Counted from the first letter of the stretch, positions 47,501 through 57,328 are shown. The stretch is DNA of 64,000 nucleotides from Bdellovibrionales bacterium (GCA_038247245.1 JBBRVE010000005.1:737-64736), one strand, 5' to 3'. The notes: generated from the sequence alone by a model not told the origin. Numbers and translations: made by a program.

Positions 47501-47722
47501 GATGCTTTTCCCAAGTTTTTCAGCCGGTATGGCATAAATTCCCCATAGTGCTTTGATATAGAATGTTTTTCTTTGATTTAAATATGCAAGGACTGTGCAA
47601 AATATCCTTTACTTCCCTCATGTTAAACGAATTTAATTGCTATCCAGATAATAAATGATTGTTTTTTAAGGGTATTTTAGCAAGGGGCAGGCCCGAATAA
47701 ATATTCGGACAGGTGTTCAATA

Positions 47723-47739
47723 GTTAATAAAGTATTAAC
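47723..47739. promoter_or_regulatory. CtrA box (perfect) in fliF divergent intergenic region
   Basis: GTTAA-taaagta-TTAAC; a second 1-mismatch box TAAA-N7-TTAA at 47743-47757. Confidence 0.7.
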
Positions 47740-47871
47740 AAGTAAATAATACGTTAAGGAATAAGTAACTAAATGAATATCTTGCTTTTTTTACTTGTAA
47801 TTACTACCAGATGTTGTAAGATAAGAATTGTAGGAGTAGATTTTTTGCTCGTGCGATAGGAATCATAGGAC

Positions 47872-48321
47872 ATGATTGAATCTATTAGCACATTGTCGGT
47901 CCAAAGTTCCGTTCTGAGGTATCAACCTCAGAGCAATACGGATTCGGCACCATCCGTTTCGGCACCCCGCGAGGCCGAAGTCGTTACCTCGCGCATTCGT
48001 GTCGACAACCTGCAAAACGTTGCCATTCTTGAATATCGTTCGTCGGAAGGCGCTGTCGTGCGCCAGTATCCGACCCAATCCCAGATCAACGCGTTCAAAC
48101 GCGCCGAAAGCCTGCATACGTCTGATAGCAATGGGTCGTCTGGCAGCGCACCGCAAGAAACAACCGCTAACAGCCAGTCGTCGCAGGGTCAAACCCAGTC
48201 TGCAGCTCCGGCTCCGGCACCCGCGCCCGCAACGGGCGGTTCGGCGCCGGCATCGTATTCGTCGGCGGGGACTTCCGCTGGCGGCAGCGGTGATGGCTCC
48301 ACGCAGTCGGTTGTTGTTTAA
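47872..48321 (+). CDS. FlaG-like protein with Ser/Ala/Pro-rich tail
   Basis: RVDNLQNVAILEYRSSEGAVVRQYPTQSQI resembles the FlaG core GEVIRQIP. Confidence 0.6.
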   Translation: MIESISTLSVQSSVLRYQPQSNTDSAPSVSAPREAEVVTSRIRVDNLQNVAILEYRSSEGAVVRQYPTQSQINAFKRAESLHTSDSNGSSGSAPQETTANSQSSQGQTQSAAPAPAPAPATGGSAPASYSSAGTSAGGSGDGSTQSVVV

Positions 48322-48370
48322 CCCAACCGTACGCTCAGCGGCATATTAACAAATATTCTTATCCTGGATT

Positions 48371-48859
48371 TTACGCGAGGCTGTCGGTCGGCTTGTTATC
48401 CGCCTGCGACGCTGCGGGCATATCCGGCTTTTTCTTGCCAAGAGCGCCCGGTACCGGGGGCGGGGCGGCCGGCTTTTTCAGCAGGCCTGCCGCGATGTTG
48501 CGGTTGATCTCGACCAGCGCCTGAATTTTATCGGGGTTCGGGTCGGCCAGCAATTCCAGCGTGCGCTTGAAGACGAACATGCCCAGCGTGGCGATGTTAT
48601 TTTTCAATTCCTGGGGCAGGGGGTGGTCGGGGTTGATCGTCTCGCTGACGAACAACTGCCAGAGCTTCTGGTTGTATTCCAGCACATCGCCCTTTTCGAC
48701 AAGCGTGACTTTTTCTCCGGCCTTGAGGCGCTTGGCAAGGTCTTCAAGCTTCATGGCGGATTTCAACAGGATCGTGCCCTCTAGCGCGCGGGGGTCGACG
48801 GATGCTGCGGTGTTGCCATAGGCGGCGACGGCGGATGTATATGGGTTTTCGTTAGGCAC
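48371..48859 (-). CDS. flaF: flagellar biosynthesis regulator FlaF
   Basis: PRALE...L.K.A, YNQKLW, PLPQELKNNIA.LG.FVF, LVEINRNIAAGL. Confidence 0.9.
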   Translation of the reverse strand: MPNENPYTSAVAAYGNTAASVDPRALEGTILLKSAMKLEDLAKRLKAGEKVTLVEKGDVLEYNQKLWQLFVSETINPDHPLPQELKNNIATLGMFVFKRTLELLADPNPDKIQALVEINRNIAAGLLKKPAAPPPVPGALGKKKPDMPAASQADNKPTDSLA

Positions 48860-49235
48860 TGGCCAGCAGCTCCTTCTCGTATTCGATCAGCGATTTTGCT
48901 TCCTTCAGCGCCTTGTAATAATGGTTCTGCAGGATATGGTCATTGATCTTCATGAAATGGATCGTCGTGGACGGCGCGGCGTTTTGCACGTCGCGGATCT
49001 GCTGGAAATATAGCTCGTGTATTTTGGCGGGGTCTGCCGCCAGGTACATCAGCTGGATCGTGAAATAGATACGCTTGCAGGGCGAATTCGCCTCTTCCTC
49101 GCGCATGATGTCTTTTTCGCGCAGGATCGGGCTGTCGCCTTCGATATGCAGGCGCGTGCGGTTGGCATCATTGGTAATCAGCGCGCCGCCGATAATGATC
49201 CGTTCCTGTGGTTTTAAATCGATGATGAGTGCCAT
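48852..49235 (-). CDS. flbT: flagellin post-transcriptional regulator FlbT
   Basis: L...LKP.ERIII, PILREKDIM, SPCKRIYF.IQLMY, YYKALK..K.LI.YE. Confidence 0.92.
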   Translation of the reverse strand: MALIIDLKPQERIIIGGALITNDANRTRLHIEGDSPILREKDIMREEEANSPCKRIYFTIQLMYLAADPAKIHELYFQQIRDVQNAAPSTTIHFMKINDHILQNHYYKALKEAKSLIEYEKELLASA

Positions 49236-49305
49236 GAGATTCTCTCCGTGGTCTTGATGAAGGGGAATTCTTCCACCGTTTTTACAGTTACCATCCTGCC
49301 ATTAA

Positions 49306-49324
49306 ATGGTTAATAAACAGGTAA
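49306..49324 (-). promoter_or_regulatory. CtrA site upstream of flbT
   Basis: minus strand TTAC-N7-TTAACCAT, containing the ungapped TTAACCAT motif. Confidence 0.55.
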
Positions 49325-49339
49325 TTTCGCACGACGGAC

Positions 49340-49380
49340 AAAAAAGAACCGGCGGCTTTTTCAAGGCCGCCGGTCTTTTT
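49340..49380 (-). terminator. intrinsic terminator after flagellin
   Basis: accggcggc...gccgccggt stem flanked by A and T tracts. Confidence 0.75.
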
Positions 49381-49402
49381 AGATTTGGTCTTGGTCTTGC
49401 GA

Positions 49403-50230
49403 TTACTGGAACAGACGCAGGACCGACTGGTTCGCTTGCGAAGCGAGAGACAGAGACGTGATACCGAGAGACTGCGTGGTTTGCAGCGACAGCAGTTTCG
49501 CGCCTTCTTCGTTTTTATCCGCAACAACCAGCTTGTCAGAGCCTTCCTTCAGAACGTTGATCAGGTTCGAAGTAAAGTCCTGGCGGGTCTGGATGATGTT
49601 CAGGCTGGTACCGAAGGCAGCAGCCGTGTTGCGGGTCGTGGTCAAGTCGGCCGCGATCGCATCAAGCGTAGCCTGGGTAGCCGTCGTGTCAGCAAAGTTA
49701 CCGCCGCTCAGTGAAACGGTCAGATCGTTACCAACGGTCAGGTCGGCACCTTGGACGTCCAAGGTCGAGGTTCCTGATTCATTGAAAGTCACGGACAAGG
49801 TCGCAGCGCCGGCAGCAAGGTTGGTACCGCGATAGCCGGAGTCACCCGCCAGAGTATCGATCTGGGCAAGGACTTCGTCAAAGCTTGCGGCGAGCGAGGT
49901 CACGTCGGCAGCGGGGTCGGCGTTCAGCTGATCCTGTGCTTCTTGAGCGATAGCTTGCGCCTGCTCGAGGAAGCTTGTGATCTGCTGGATACCTTGGTCA
50001 GCTGCTTTCAGAACCTGAATCGCCTGGCCCTGGCCGTCCAGAAGACGGTTCAGGTCATTTGCGCGGTTTTGGATGGATTGGGAAGCGAAGAACGCGCTCG
50101 GGTTATCGAGTGCGCTGTTAACTTTCAGGCCCGTCGCAAGACGGAGCTGGGTCGAGTCGAGGAGTCTTTGGGTGCCCTGAAGGCTCAAGAGGTTAGAGCG
50201 CAGCGCGGCAGTGAGTGTAACGTCAGCCAT
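49403..50230 (-). CDS. flagellin (short, 275 aa)
   Basis: VTLTAALRSNLLSLQ, RLATGLKVNSALDNP, D.GY.G.NL, ADKNEEGA.LLSLQT.Q.L...SLSLASQA.QSVLRLF. Confidence 0.93.
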   Translation of the reverse strand: MADVTLTAALRSNLLSLQGTQRLLDSTQLRLATGLKVNSALDNPSAFFASQSIQNRANDLNRLLDGQGQAIQVLKAADQGIQQITSFLEQAQAIAQEAQDQLNADPAADVTSLAASFDEVLAQIDTLAGDSGYRGTNLAAGAATLSVTFNESGTSTLDVQGADLTVGNDLTVSLSGGNFADTTATQATLDAIAADLTTTRNTAAAFGTSLNIIQTRQDFTSNLINVLKEGSDKLVVADKNEEGAKLLSLQTTQSLGITSLSLASQANQSVLRLFQ

Positions 50231-50315
50231 GGCATGTTCCTTTTCTAGGTTGATGCATTTAGGTTATGAAGCCTCGGGATACTCCCTAAGCTATAAATCA
50301 TCTTCTCATGGGGCT

Positions 50316-50332
50316 GGTTAACAAATGGTTTA
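50316..50332 (-). promoter_or_regulatory. CtrA-like box upstream of flagellin
   Basis: minus strand TAAA-ccatttg-TTAACC (1 mismatch). Confidence 0.5.
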
Positions 50333-50392
50333 TGTCGCTTAAAATGTTGGATAAATTGTATACAACTGAAATCCAAAGATAATTTGACTTCG

Positions 50393-51874
50393 TCAACGAT
50401 CGGATTTCAATGCTGTTTCAAGCGGCTTCAGGTAGGCGGCGTAGCGGTGCCCTTTTCCGACCGAATCTCCATAAATAGGTTTGCGGACCTGTGCGGCGCT
50501 GGCGGTTTTGACCTGCCGCGTCGTGGTGTGAAACGAAAGACAGGCGTCATTCCAGTCAAGGCCGCTATAGGCCAGCAATTTGCGTGTTTCGCTTTCCTGA
50601 TCCGTCACTATTGATTCATAGCTTACGGTATACATCCTCCCGGGAAAAAGTTTTTCCCAATGCGCCATCAGTTTTTGATAGCCGCGCATGTAGCGTCCGA
50701 TATCGCCGAGGTCATTTGCCCAAGGCATCAACCCTTCGGAAAAAAAGGTCTGCCAGATCGACAGCCCGCAATCGAGCGGGTCGCGCGTGCAGTGAATGAC
50801 GCGCGCTTTGGGGAAGGCGCGGAAAATAACGCCGACCCACAGGTAATTGAAAAGCATCTTGTCTGTCACGCGCGGCGCGGCGCTGTGCGTCAGGCCCAGA
50901 TATTTCTGCGCAATCATATCCAATGCGGAGGGGGTAAGGTTTTCAAGGAAAGTGCGCCCGATCGTGGGAATGCCATCGCCCGCGCTGCCGGGTGCTTCGG
51001 CATTCGTGTAAAAGGGCAGGCTTTCCTGCAGGAACGGCACTTCGCCAACGCCAGCAACATCGGGATGGCTGCACAATATCTGGTCGATCAGCGTGGAGCC
51101 GGAGCGGGGCAGGCCGACGATAAAGACGGGCTGTTCGCTACTATTGCGGCCCGTCGTCGTGTCGCTGAACAGCGCAATGATCGTATCTATATAACGATCG
51201 AAAAGGTCTGGCTTATAACGCGCCGATGCCTTGCGGATATCATGCGCGGCAGCGTAATGCGCAAAGCCCCTATCCGCGTCGCCCGCCGCCAGATACGCGT
51301 GCGCCAGCGTATATTCCAGCACGCTCTGCTGTTGCGGCGGCAGTTTTGAGGCGTTTTTGTGCAGGTTCAGCAGTGCGTTGAATTCGGGTGAACTGGCGCC
51401 GAATTTTCTGAGCTGCCCCAGCGCGTGATAAGGCGCAATAAAATCGGGCTGCTTGCGGATTGCTTCGGTGAAGCAGGCGATGGACTGTTCCGCCTGGCCG
51501 GCTTCGCCGTACAAAACGCCTAAGCGGTTTAACACGGGCGCTGACGGCTGGCAGGTCAAGGCACGCGCGGCAAGCGCCAGGGCTTCATCGCGCTGCTCCG
51601 CATCCATGCGCAGCCGTGCGAGCGCGGCAAGTGCATTGGCGTTGCGCGCATCGATGTTTGTGATGTTTTCGAAAATTCCGGCGGCTTCAGCGGGCGATTT
51701 CTGCATCAGCATCAGGCCAAGGTCGAGCAATGCGGCGGTATTATCGGGTTCAAGCTGAAGGTAAAGGCGGCAGGCCGTCTCCGCCTCCGCATGGCGGTCC
51801 TGCTGCAAAAAACCGCGCGCGTTTTTTAGCGTCGCCGCTGCTTTTCTGGAATCTTTTTCAAGCCGCGCGCTCAA
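50393..51874 (-). CDS. TPR-containing sulfotransferase family protein
   Basis: N-terminal TPRs; 5'-PSB loop FIVGLPRSGSTL, DKML.N, RDPLD..LS (3'-PB), YESIV, TASAAQVRKPIY. Confidence 0.88.
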   Translation of the reverse strand: MSARLEKDSRKAAATLKNARGFLQQDRHAEAETACRLYLQLEPDNTAALLDLGLMLMQKSPAEAAGIFENITNIDARNANALAALARLRMDAEQRDEALALAARALTCQPSAPVLNRLGVLYGEAGQAEQSIACFTEAIRKQPDFIAPYHALGQLRKFGASSPEFNALLNLHKNASKLPPQQQSVLEYTLAHAYLAAGDADRGFAHYAAAHDIRKASARYKPDLFDRYIDTIIALFSDTTTGRNSSEQPVFIVGLPRSGSTLIDQILCSHPDVAGVGEVPFLQESLPFYTNAEAPGSAGDGIPTIGRTFLENLTPSALDMIAQKYLGLTHSAAPRVTDKMLFNYLWVGVIFRAFPKARVIHCTRDPLDCGLSIWQTFFSEGLMPWANDLGDIGRYMRGYQKLMAHWEKLFPGRMYTVSYESIVTDQESETRKLLAYSGLDWNDACLSFHTTTRQVKTASAAQVRKPIYGDSVGKGHRYAAYLKPLETALKSDR

Positions 51875-53391
51875 GCGCCTTCTTTCAGCGATTGAATCAG
51901 GGGCTGTAGATGAGCCTCGTATTTTTTCCAGCGCGCAACCGACCCGGTATAGAGGCTTTGACGCACTTGGGACGAACTGGCTGTGCTGACAGGGCGGTCG
52001 GTTTCATGGAATTTCATGCAACGCTCGTCCCATGGCAGGTCACAGAATTGCAGCAAGCGGCGCGTTTCGAATTCCTGATTTGCCACCATGGTCTCGTAAT
52101 TCGCTTCGAATATCTGGCCCGGGAACAGTTTGTCCCAATGCGCCATCAGTTTTTTGTAGGCGCGGTAATACCTGCCGATTTCACGCTGGTCATAGGCCCA
52201 GAACATGTCGGCATAGAACATCTTCTGCCAGATCGACAGGCCCATCGCCACGGGGTCGCGCGAGCAATGGATGATTTTCGCATTCGGCAGCGCCAGCCGG
52301 ATCATGCCGATCAGGAGGAAATTGAACAGCATCTTGTCGGAAAGTTTCGCGCCCTCCTTTGCAAAGGGATCGGTCAGTTGCAGGTATTTCTTCGCGATGC
52401 CATCCAGCATATCGCCCGACAGGTTGTCGACCAGCTGTTTTGTGATCGTGGGCATTCCGGGGGAGAACAATTGCGGCACTTCCGCATTTGGAAAGACCGG
52501 TATGCAATTTTGCAGGAACCCGACCTCGCCCATCGCCGCCATCTGCGGGTGGCTGGAAAGGATCTGTTCTGTCAGCGTAGAGCCGGAGCGCGGCATGCCG
52601 ACAATAAAGACCGGACGGGATGTCGATACCGCGCCGGCATTGGCGAATTTCTGCACCAGCTCCGGCGTGAACAGCGCGATAATGCTGTCGATGTATTTTT
52701 CGATGCTGGCGACGGCGATGGTTTTATGCGCCAAACGCTGCAGGCGGTTGCCAGTCTCGTAATGGCCGAAAGCCTCGTCATCGCGGCCTACATCAAGCAT
52801 CGCGTTGCCGAGCGTAAATTCCAGCTTGATGCGCAGGTTATCCGGCAGGCTGCCCGCCTTGTCCACCAGCGCGGTCAAGTTCTTGAAATCGGCATCTTCC
52901 AGCTTGAATTTCTTCAGGGTAGACAGCGTGTAATACCCGTCGACGCAATCGGGGTCTTTTTCAACAGCGCGTTCCGCCATCAACTGCGCGGCCGCGATGT
53001 CGCCGGCGCGGCGCATAATGATGGAGCAGCGCATCTGGATAAACGGGGCGTCCGACATGGACGCGGCGCGCGTCGCAAGCTGCCGCGCTTCCTCGGTCGA
53101 GCCCTTTTCCATGCAAACGGCTGCAAGCGCGGTCATCGCCTCGAGGTCGGCGGGCGCTGTGTGCAACATGCGGCGGAAACAATATTCAGCGTCGTCGTAT
53201 TGCGCCAGATGGCGGTGTATCTGCCCAAGATTATACAGGGCGGGCAGCAAATCCGGCACATAGCCCAGCAACACCTGATAAGCGCGCATCGCTTCAGGCA
53301 CCCTGCCTGCTTTACGCAGCGAGTCGGCCGTCTTCAGCATTGTCCCGATATCGGGCGTGCCGCTTTTTGCGGGTTTCGGTTTTTTGGCCAT
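51871..53391 (-). CDS. TPR-containing sulfotransferase family protein
   Basis: N-terminal TPRs; FIVGMPRSGSTLTEQILSSHP, DKML.N, RDP....LS, TASSSQVRQ.LY..SV.RWKKY. Confidence 0.88.
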   Translation of the reverse strand: MAKKPKPAKSGTPDIGTMLKTADSLRKAGRVPEAMRAYQVLLGYVPDLLPALYNLGQIHRHLAQYDDAEYCFRRMLHTAPADLEAMTALAAVCMEKGSTEEARQLATRAASMSDAPFIQMRCSIIMRRAGDIAAAQLMAERAVEKDPDCVDGYYTLSTLKKFKLEDADFKNLTALVDKAGSLPDNLRIKLEFTLGNAMLDVGRDDEAFGHYETGNRLQRLAHKTIAVASIEKYIDSIIALFTPELVQKFANAGAVSTSRPVFIVGMPRSGSTLTEQILSSHPQMAAMGEVGFLQNCIPVFPNAEVPQLFSPGMPTITKQLVDNLSGDMLDGIAKKYLQLTDPFAKEGAKLSDKMLFNFLLIGMIRLALPNAKIIHCSRDPVAMGLSIWQKMFYADMFWAYDQREIGRYYRAYKKLMAHWDKLFPGQIFEANYETMVANQEFETRRLLQFCDLPWDERCMKFHETDRPVSTASSSQVRQSLYTGSVARWKKYEAHLQPLIQSLKEGA

Positions 53392-53452
53392 GGGCAGTCC
53401 TGCCTTCCTGCACGGATAGTCGGTCAGGCATCTGCCAGAATCAAGACAAAAG

Positions 53453-53520
53453 ATAAGGGGCCCCCCGGCTTTCTGCCAGTGGGGCCCCTATGCCTTTCCC
53501 CTTGTCGGAAGGGAAAGGGT
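53453..53520 (-). terminator. tandem hairpins downstream of flgE
   Basis: aggggcccc...ggggcccct and cctttccc...gggaaagg stems. Confidence 0.5.
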
Positions 53521-53532
53521 ATTGTTCCTTTA

Positions 53533-55113
53533 TTATCTCAGCTGCAGCAGTTCGGCCGTCATCTGGTCCGCGGTCGTGATGACCTTGGTGTTGGCAGAAT
53601 AGGCGCGCTGCGTGATGATCATCTTGGAGAATTCATCGGCGAGGTCGACGTTGGATTGCTCCAGCGCGCCGCCTTCGATGTAACCCGCGCCACCGGTGTT
53701 CGCGGCCACCACATCGGGGTCACCCGATGTGTCGGATACGCGGAACACGGTGCCGGTCAGTGCAGACAGGCCGTCGGGGTTGATGAAGTTGGCGATGCCA
53801 AGCTGGTAAACCTGGCGTGACAACCCGTTAGAGAACTGTGCGCTGACAATGCCGTCGCGGCTGACCGACACGCCCGTGCGGTAACCGACAGGCGATCCGT
53901 TCTGGTCGGCCTGCGCGGTGTAGGCGCCGGTTTGCTGCGTCATGCCTGCGAGGTCCAGGTTGAATGCGGCGGAGGTTCCGGCAGGGGTTGTCCATGAAAC
54001 GGGCCCGAGGCCGATGTTGACCGTGCCGTCGGTTGCGACCGGCGCGTTCAGCGAGCCGTCGCTGTTGAAGTTGATCGACTGGCCGGTCGGCAACAGGTCG
54101 CCGGTTGCGGTCGTGACCTGGATATCCCACCAGCCGTTGGGGTTTTCGGTGACGGGGGCCGCGCCGGTGACGGGCGTTGCAGATGTCGTGACGGTCGTGC
54201 CATCGGGTACGCCCAACGTGTTGAGCGCAAGGGGAGTACCCGAGCCGTCGGTCAATGTCACTTCCGACAGGGCGACTTCGTTCTGGATCACAAGGAAGCC
54301 GTTGCCGTCCAGCTGCGCGTTGATGCCGGGAACCGCGTTCAGGTCGGTCAGCAGTTTGTTGACGTTGCCGTCGAGGTTGATGGTGGTGGGGCCAAAGCCC
54401 GCATCGACGTCGAAGCTGTCGGTGCCGGGGACGAAGTTGCCGGTCTGCGCGCGCAGGTCGACGGTGCCCTGGACGGTACCCGCGGTCGGCGCATGTTTTT
54501 TGAAGCTGACCGAAATCGTGCGGGGGTTGCCGCCGTCATCATAAATTGTGATGTCGCGCGTGAAGTCGGAAGCATTCGTGCTGACCGCCTGTGCGGCGTT
54601 AAGGTTTGCTTTCAGCGATACGGCAGTTGTCATTTGCGAGACGCCGCCGGAGGTCAGGTTGACGGGGACAAGCGAGCCGATATTCGTGCCGCCGACAATT
54701 GCACCGTTCTGGTCAAGCGGCCAGCCCTGCAGGATAAATCCGCCGGTATTGCGCAGGTTGCCGTTAACGTCTTCGCTGAACGAGCCCGCGCGGGTGTAAA
54801 GGTTTTCAGCGCCTGCGCCCGTGCCGTTCTGTACGACGAAGAAGCCGTTGCCCGACATCGCGAGGTCGGTCGAGGAAGAGCTTTGTTGCAAGATACCTTG
54901 CAGGCTTACGCGCTGGTTCTGCGTCGCCTTGACGGAACCGGGCGTATAAAGAGTTGAACGGCCGCCCGTGGTCACGAGGTCGGAGAACGACGCGTCGCTG
55001 CGCTTGTAACCGACGGTGCTGACGTTGGCGATGTTGTTCGAGATCATGCCCAGAGATTGGCTCTGCGCGGTGAGGCCCGAAACTGCGGTGAAGAGTGATC
55101 CGAAAACGCTCAT
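53533..55113 (-). CDS. flgE: flagellar hook protein FlgE
   Basis: SLFTAVSGL.AQ, SNNIANVSTVGYK, DLA.SGNGFFVV, YTRAGSF, LEQSNVDLA.EFSKMIITQRAYSAN; start trimmed to ATG 55113 after AAGGAG. Confidence 0.94.
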   Translation of the reverse strand: MSVFGSLFTAVSGLTAQSQSLGMISNNIANVSTVGYKRSDASFSDLVTTGGRSTLYTPGSVKATQNQRVSLQGILQQSSSSTDLAMSGNGFFVVQNGTGAGAENLYTRAGSFSEDVNGNLRNTGGFILQGWPLDQNGAIVGGTNIGSLVPVNLTSGGVSQMTTAVSLKANLNAAQAVSTNASDFTRDITIYDDGGNPRTISVSFKKHAPTAGTVQGTVDLRAQTGNFVPGTDSFDVDAGFGPTTINLDGNVNKLLTDLNAVPGINAQLDGNGFLVIQNEVALSEVTLTDGSGTPLALNTLGVPDGTTVTTSATPVTGAAPVTENPNGWWDIQVTTATGDLLPTGQSINFNSDGSLNAPVATDGTVNIGLGPVSWTTPAGTSAAFNLDLAGMTQQTGAYTAQADQNGSPVGYRTGVSVSRDGIVSAQFSNGLSRQVYQLGIANFINPDGLSALTGTVFRVSDTSGDPDVVAANTGGAGYIEGGALEQSNVDLADEFSKMIITQRAYSANTKVITTADQMTAELLQLR

Positions 55114-55186
55114 GGTAGTCTCCTTCTTTTTCTGTTTCTGCCGGAAATTTTTTTCCGGCGGTGAATTAAAATCCTGCTGCGGTCCT

Positions 55187-55203
55187 TGCAACCGCCGTGC
55201 CAG
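55187..55203 (-). promoter_or_regulatory. sigma54 (-24/-12) promoter of flgE
   Basis: minus strand CTGGCAC-GGCGG-TTGCA, perfect consensus. Confidence 0.8.
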
Positions 55204-55206
55204 TTT

Positions 55207-55878
55207 CTACAGGGCCTCGGAAATTTTGCGCACATCTGTCAACGGAACCTTGACGCCGTTGACGTTCAGCACAAGCGTGCCGTCATCCGCGGATTCAAGG
55301 CTCGTGACGCGGCCCGGAACATATGTCGTGACGTTCAGCGATGTGGTGGTTGCGTTACCCGCGCTGACCTTCAATGTATATGTGCCCGCGGGCGCCATGT
55401 TGCCGTTGTTATTTTTACCATCCCACACGAAGTCGTGCGTGCCGGCAGTTTTTGCAGCGTCTTCGGAATAAACCGTGTCGCCGTTTGCATCGAGGATACT
55501 GATCGTGCCGCTTGTCGATGCTTCGGGCAACGTGTAGGACATCGACGTGCTGGCTGTGCCGTCCGTGGTGAAGGTATCACCGGTCACTTCGACATCCTTG
55601 CCGATGAAGCTGACGCCAAGCGCCGTCATATTGAGTGTTTGCATCGCCAGCAACTGGTTCAGCGTGTCGTTGCCGCGCAATTGCTGCTCGACCTGGCTGA
55701 ACTGGACGAGCTGGTTTGTAAATTGTGCCGTGTCCATCGGGGACAGCGGATCCTGGTTTTGCAGCTGTGTCGTCAGCATTTTCAGGAAGTCGTCGAAATT
55801 CTGGTTCAGCTGCGTGGATGCTGTCGCGTTCTTTGTCGCGTTTGTCTGGACTTGTGCGGATGTGCCGACTGCTGTCAT
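55207..55878 (-). CDS. flgD: flagellar hook capping protein FlgD
   Basis: FLKMLTTQLQNQDPLSPMD..QFTNQL.QFS.VEQ, F.WDG....G...P.G.Y. Confidence 0.94.
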   Translation of the reverse strand: MTAVGTSAQVQTNATKNATASTQLNQNFDDFLKMLTTQLQNQDPLSPMDTAQFTNQLVQFSQVEQQLRGNDTLNQLLAMQTLNMTALGVSFIGKDVEVTGDTFTTDGTASTSMSYTLPEASTSGTISILDANGDTVYSEDAAKTAGTHDFVWDGKNNNGNMAPAGTYTLKVSAGNATTTSLNVTTYVPGRVTSLESADDGTLVLNVNGVKVPLTDVRKISEAL

Positions 55879-55896
55879 TTTATTATCTCCCTAACC

Positions 55897-57279
55897 CTAT
55901 ACCATTATGTTGATGCCGCCCTGGCGGATGGAACCCATCGCGCCCGCGGAAATATTTGCCTGTACTGCGACGGCTTGCATGGTGCCGTCATCGTTGTCGC
56001 CGTCTTGCGCCTGATTGCCGTTATTATTGTATGCAGCGCCGGTGTTCTGGTCGCGCTGTTGGCGCAGGTCAAAGCTAAGCGCGTTGCCGTCCAGCTGCAG
56101 GCCGGATTGCTCGAGCATTTTTTGCAGCTGCGCGGAATCTTTTTGCAGGATCGCCAGAGTCTCGGGCTTCTCGGCCACCAGATGCGCTTTCATCGTGCCG
56201 TCTTTCGAAAACTTCAGGCGCACTTCCAGCTGTCCCATGTCGGTCGGGTGCAGTTGCATGCGGAAAGTATCAACCTGTGTCTGGGCGTTGCGCTGGATTT
56301 GCAGGGCGATCGTCTGCGTCGTCTGCGCGCTGGTAGCCGAGCTCATATAATTGATGAAGCTGCCGGGCGTGCCTGAAGCGGTCTGGGTCGTGGCGGTGCC
56401 GGCCGTCATGCCCGGCATATTATAGCCGCTTTGCGAGAACGAAGACTGGCTGCCAAAACCATCCGCGCCTGCATCCTGCGAAGAGAAGGAATTGATGAGT
56501 GACAAATGTGTGGCGGGCGACTGTGCCTGCGACTGCTGCGATTTGGGGGCGGCCTGCTGCGCATCCTGCGGCAGCGGCGCCTGTTGCTGGGACGCGGACG
56601 AATCCTTCGCCGCGTTGGGGTTATAATGATCGTCTGCCTTGTGGGCAGGCATATATTTGCTATTGGTGTCCTGAACCGCTTGCTGCGTCTGTGCGGTTTG
56701 CACGGGTGCTTCGGGATCCAGCGGCATCATCAGCGCGGTTTGCTGTTCCTGCGTCAGTTGCGGTGCCAACTGGTCGGAGAGTTTTACAAGGATGCGCTCG
56801 ATCGATGCATCATCCAGGCCCATGCCCTTCATCGTGTCGATCGCGTTTTTACGGAATTGTTCGATGTCCTGCGCGCCATCTGCAAAAAGATCCTGCAACT
56901 GGGCGATGGTGTCTTCATCCGCCGCATCGTTTTGAAGCATCAGGGACAGGTTTGCCGACAGGTTGACGGGCAGGGCGGGCTTCGCATCGACCGCAGCGGT
57001 ATCCATCAGTGCCGTCAGGTTCTGCAACAGCTCGTCATCGTTCTTCGGTGCCGAAGCCTGCAGCTGTTCAATGATGGAGGTTTTTTGCGCAGAGGGCAGG
57101 CGATCCAGTTGGGCAAGTTTTGCCTGCAATTTTTGCGTACCGGTCATCTGCGACAGCTTGGCGTTCAGCGCCTTCATAAACACTTGCGCATCGCTGGCAG
57201 ACATGGATTTGGCGCGCGGCGCCTGCGTTTTCACGCTTCCCTGTGCCTGTATCGCAATGATGTTGTTCAACTGGTCCAC
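55897..57279 (-). CDS. fliK: flagellar hook-length control protein FliK
   Basis: Q/S-rich body; C-terminal MQLHPTDMGQLEVRL...ETLAILQKD...L...L.QSGL; upstream of flgD. Confidence 0.85.
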   Translation of the reverse strand: MDQLNNIIAIQAQGSVKTQAPRAKSMSASDAQVFMKALNAKLSQMTGTQKLQAKLAQLDRLPSAQKTSIIEQLQASAPKNDDELLQNLTALMDTAAVDAKPALPVNLSANLSLMLQNDAADEDTIAQLQDLFADGAQDIEQFRKNAIDTMKGMGLDDASIERILVKLSDQLAPQLTQEQQTALMMPLDPEAPVQTAQTQQAVQDTNSKYMPAHKADDHYNPNAAKDSSASQQQAPLPQDAQQAAPKSQQSQAQSPATHLSLINSFSSQDAGADGFGSQSSFSQSGYNMPGMTAGTATTQTASGTPGSFINYMSSATSAQTTQTIALQIQRNAQTQVDTFRMQLHPTDMGQLEVRLKFSKDGTMKAHLVAEKPETLAILQKDSAQLQKMLEQSGLQLDGNALSFDLRQQRDQNTGAAYNNNGNQAQDGDNDDGTMQAVAVQANISAGAMGSIRQGGINIMV

Positions 57280-57311
57280 GTATTACCTGCGTTGTTATCT
57301 GTATCTATCCT

Positions 57312-57328
57312 TGCACATGCCGTGCCAG
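57312..57328 (-). promoter_or_regulatory. sigma54 promoter of fliK-flgD
   Basis: minus strand CTGGCAC-GGCAT-GTGCA. Confidence 0.7.

Noticed and set aside
51910-53820. 636-aa plus-strand ORF and similar antisense ORFs over yejA, yejF, cheA, flhA, fliG and flgI
   Set aside because: They fully overlap well-supported genes on the opposite strand and have no recognisable domains.
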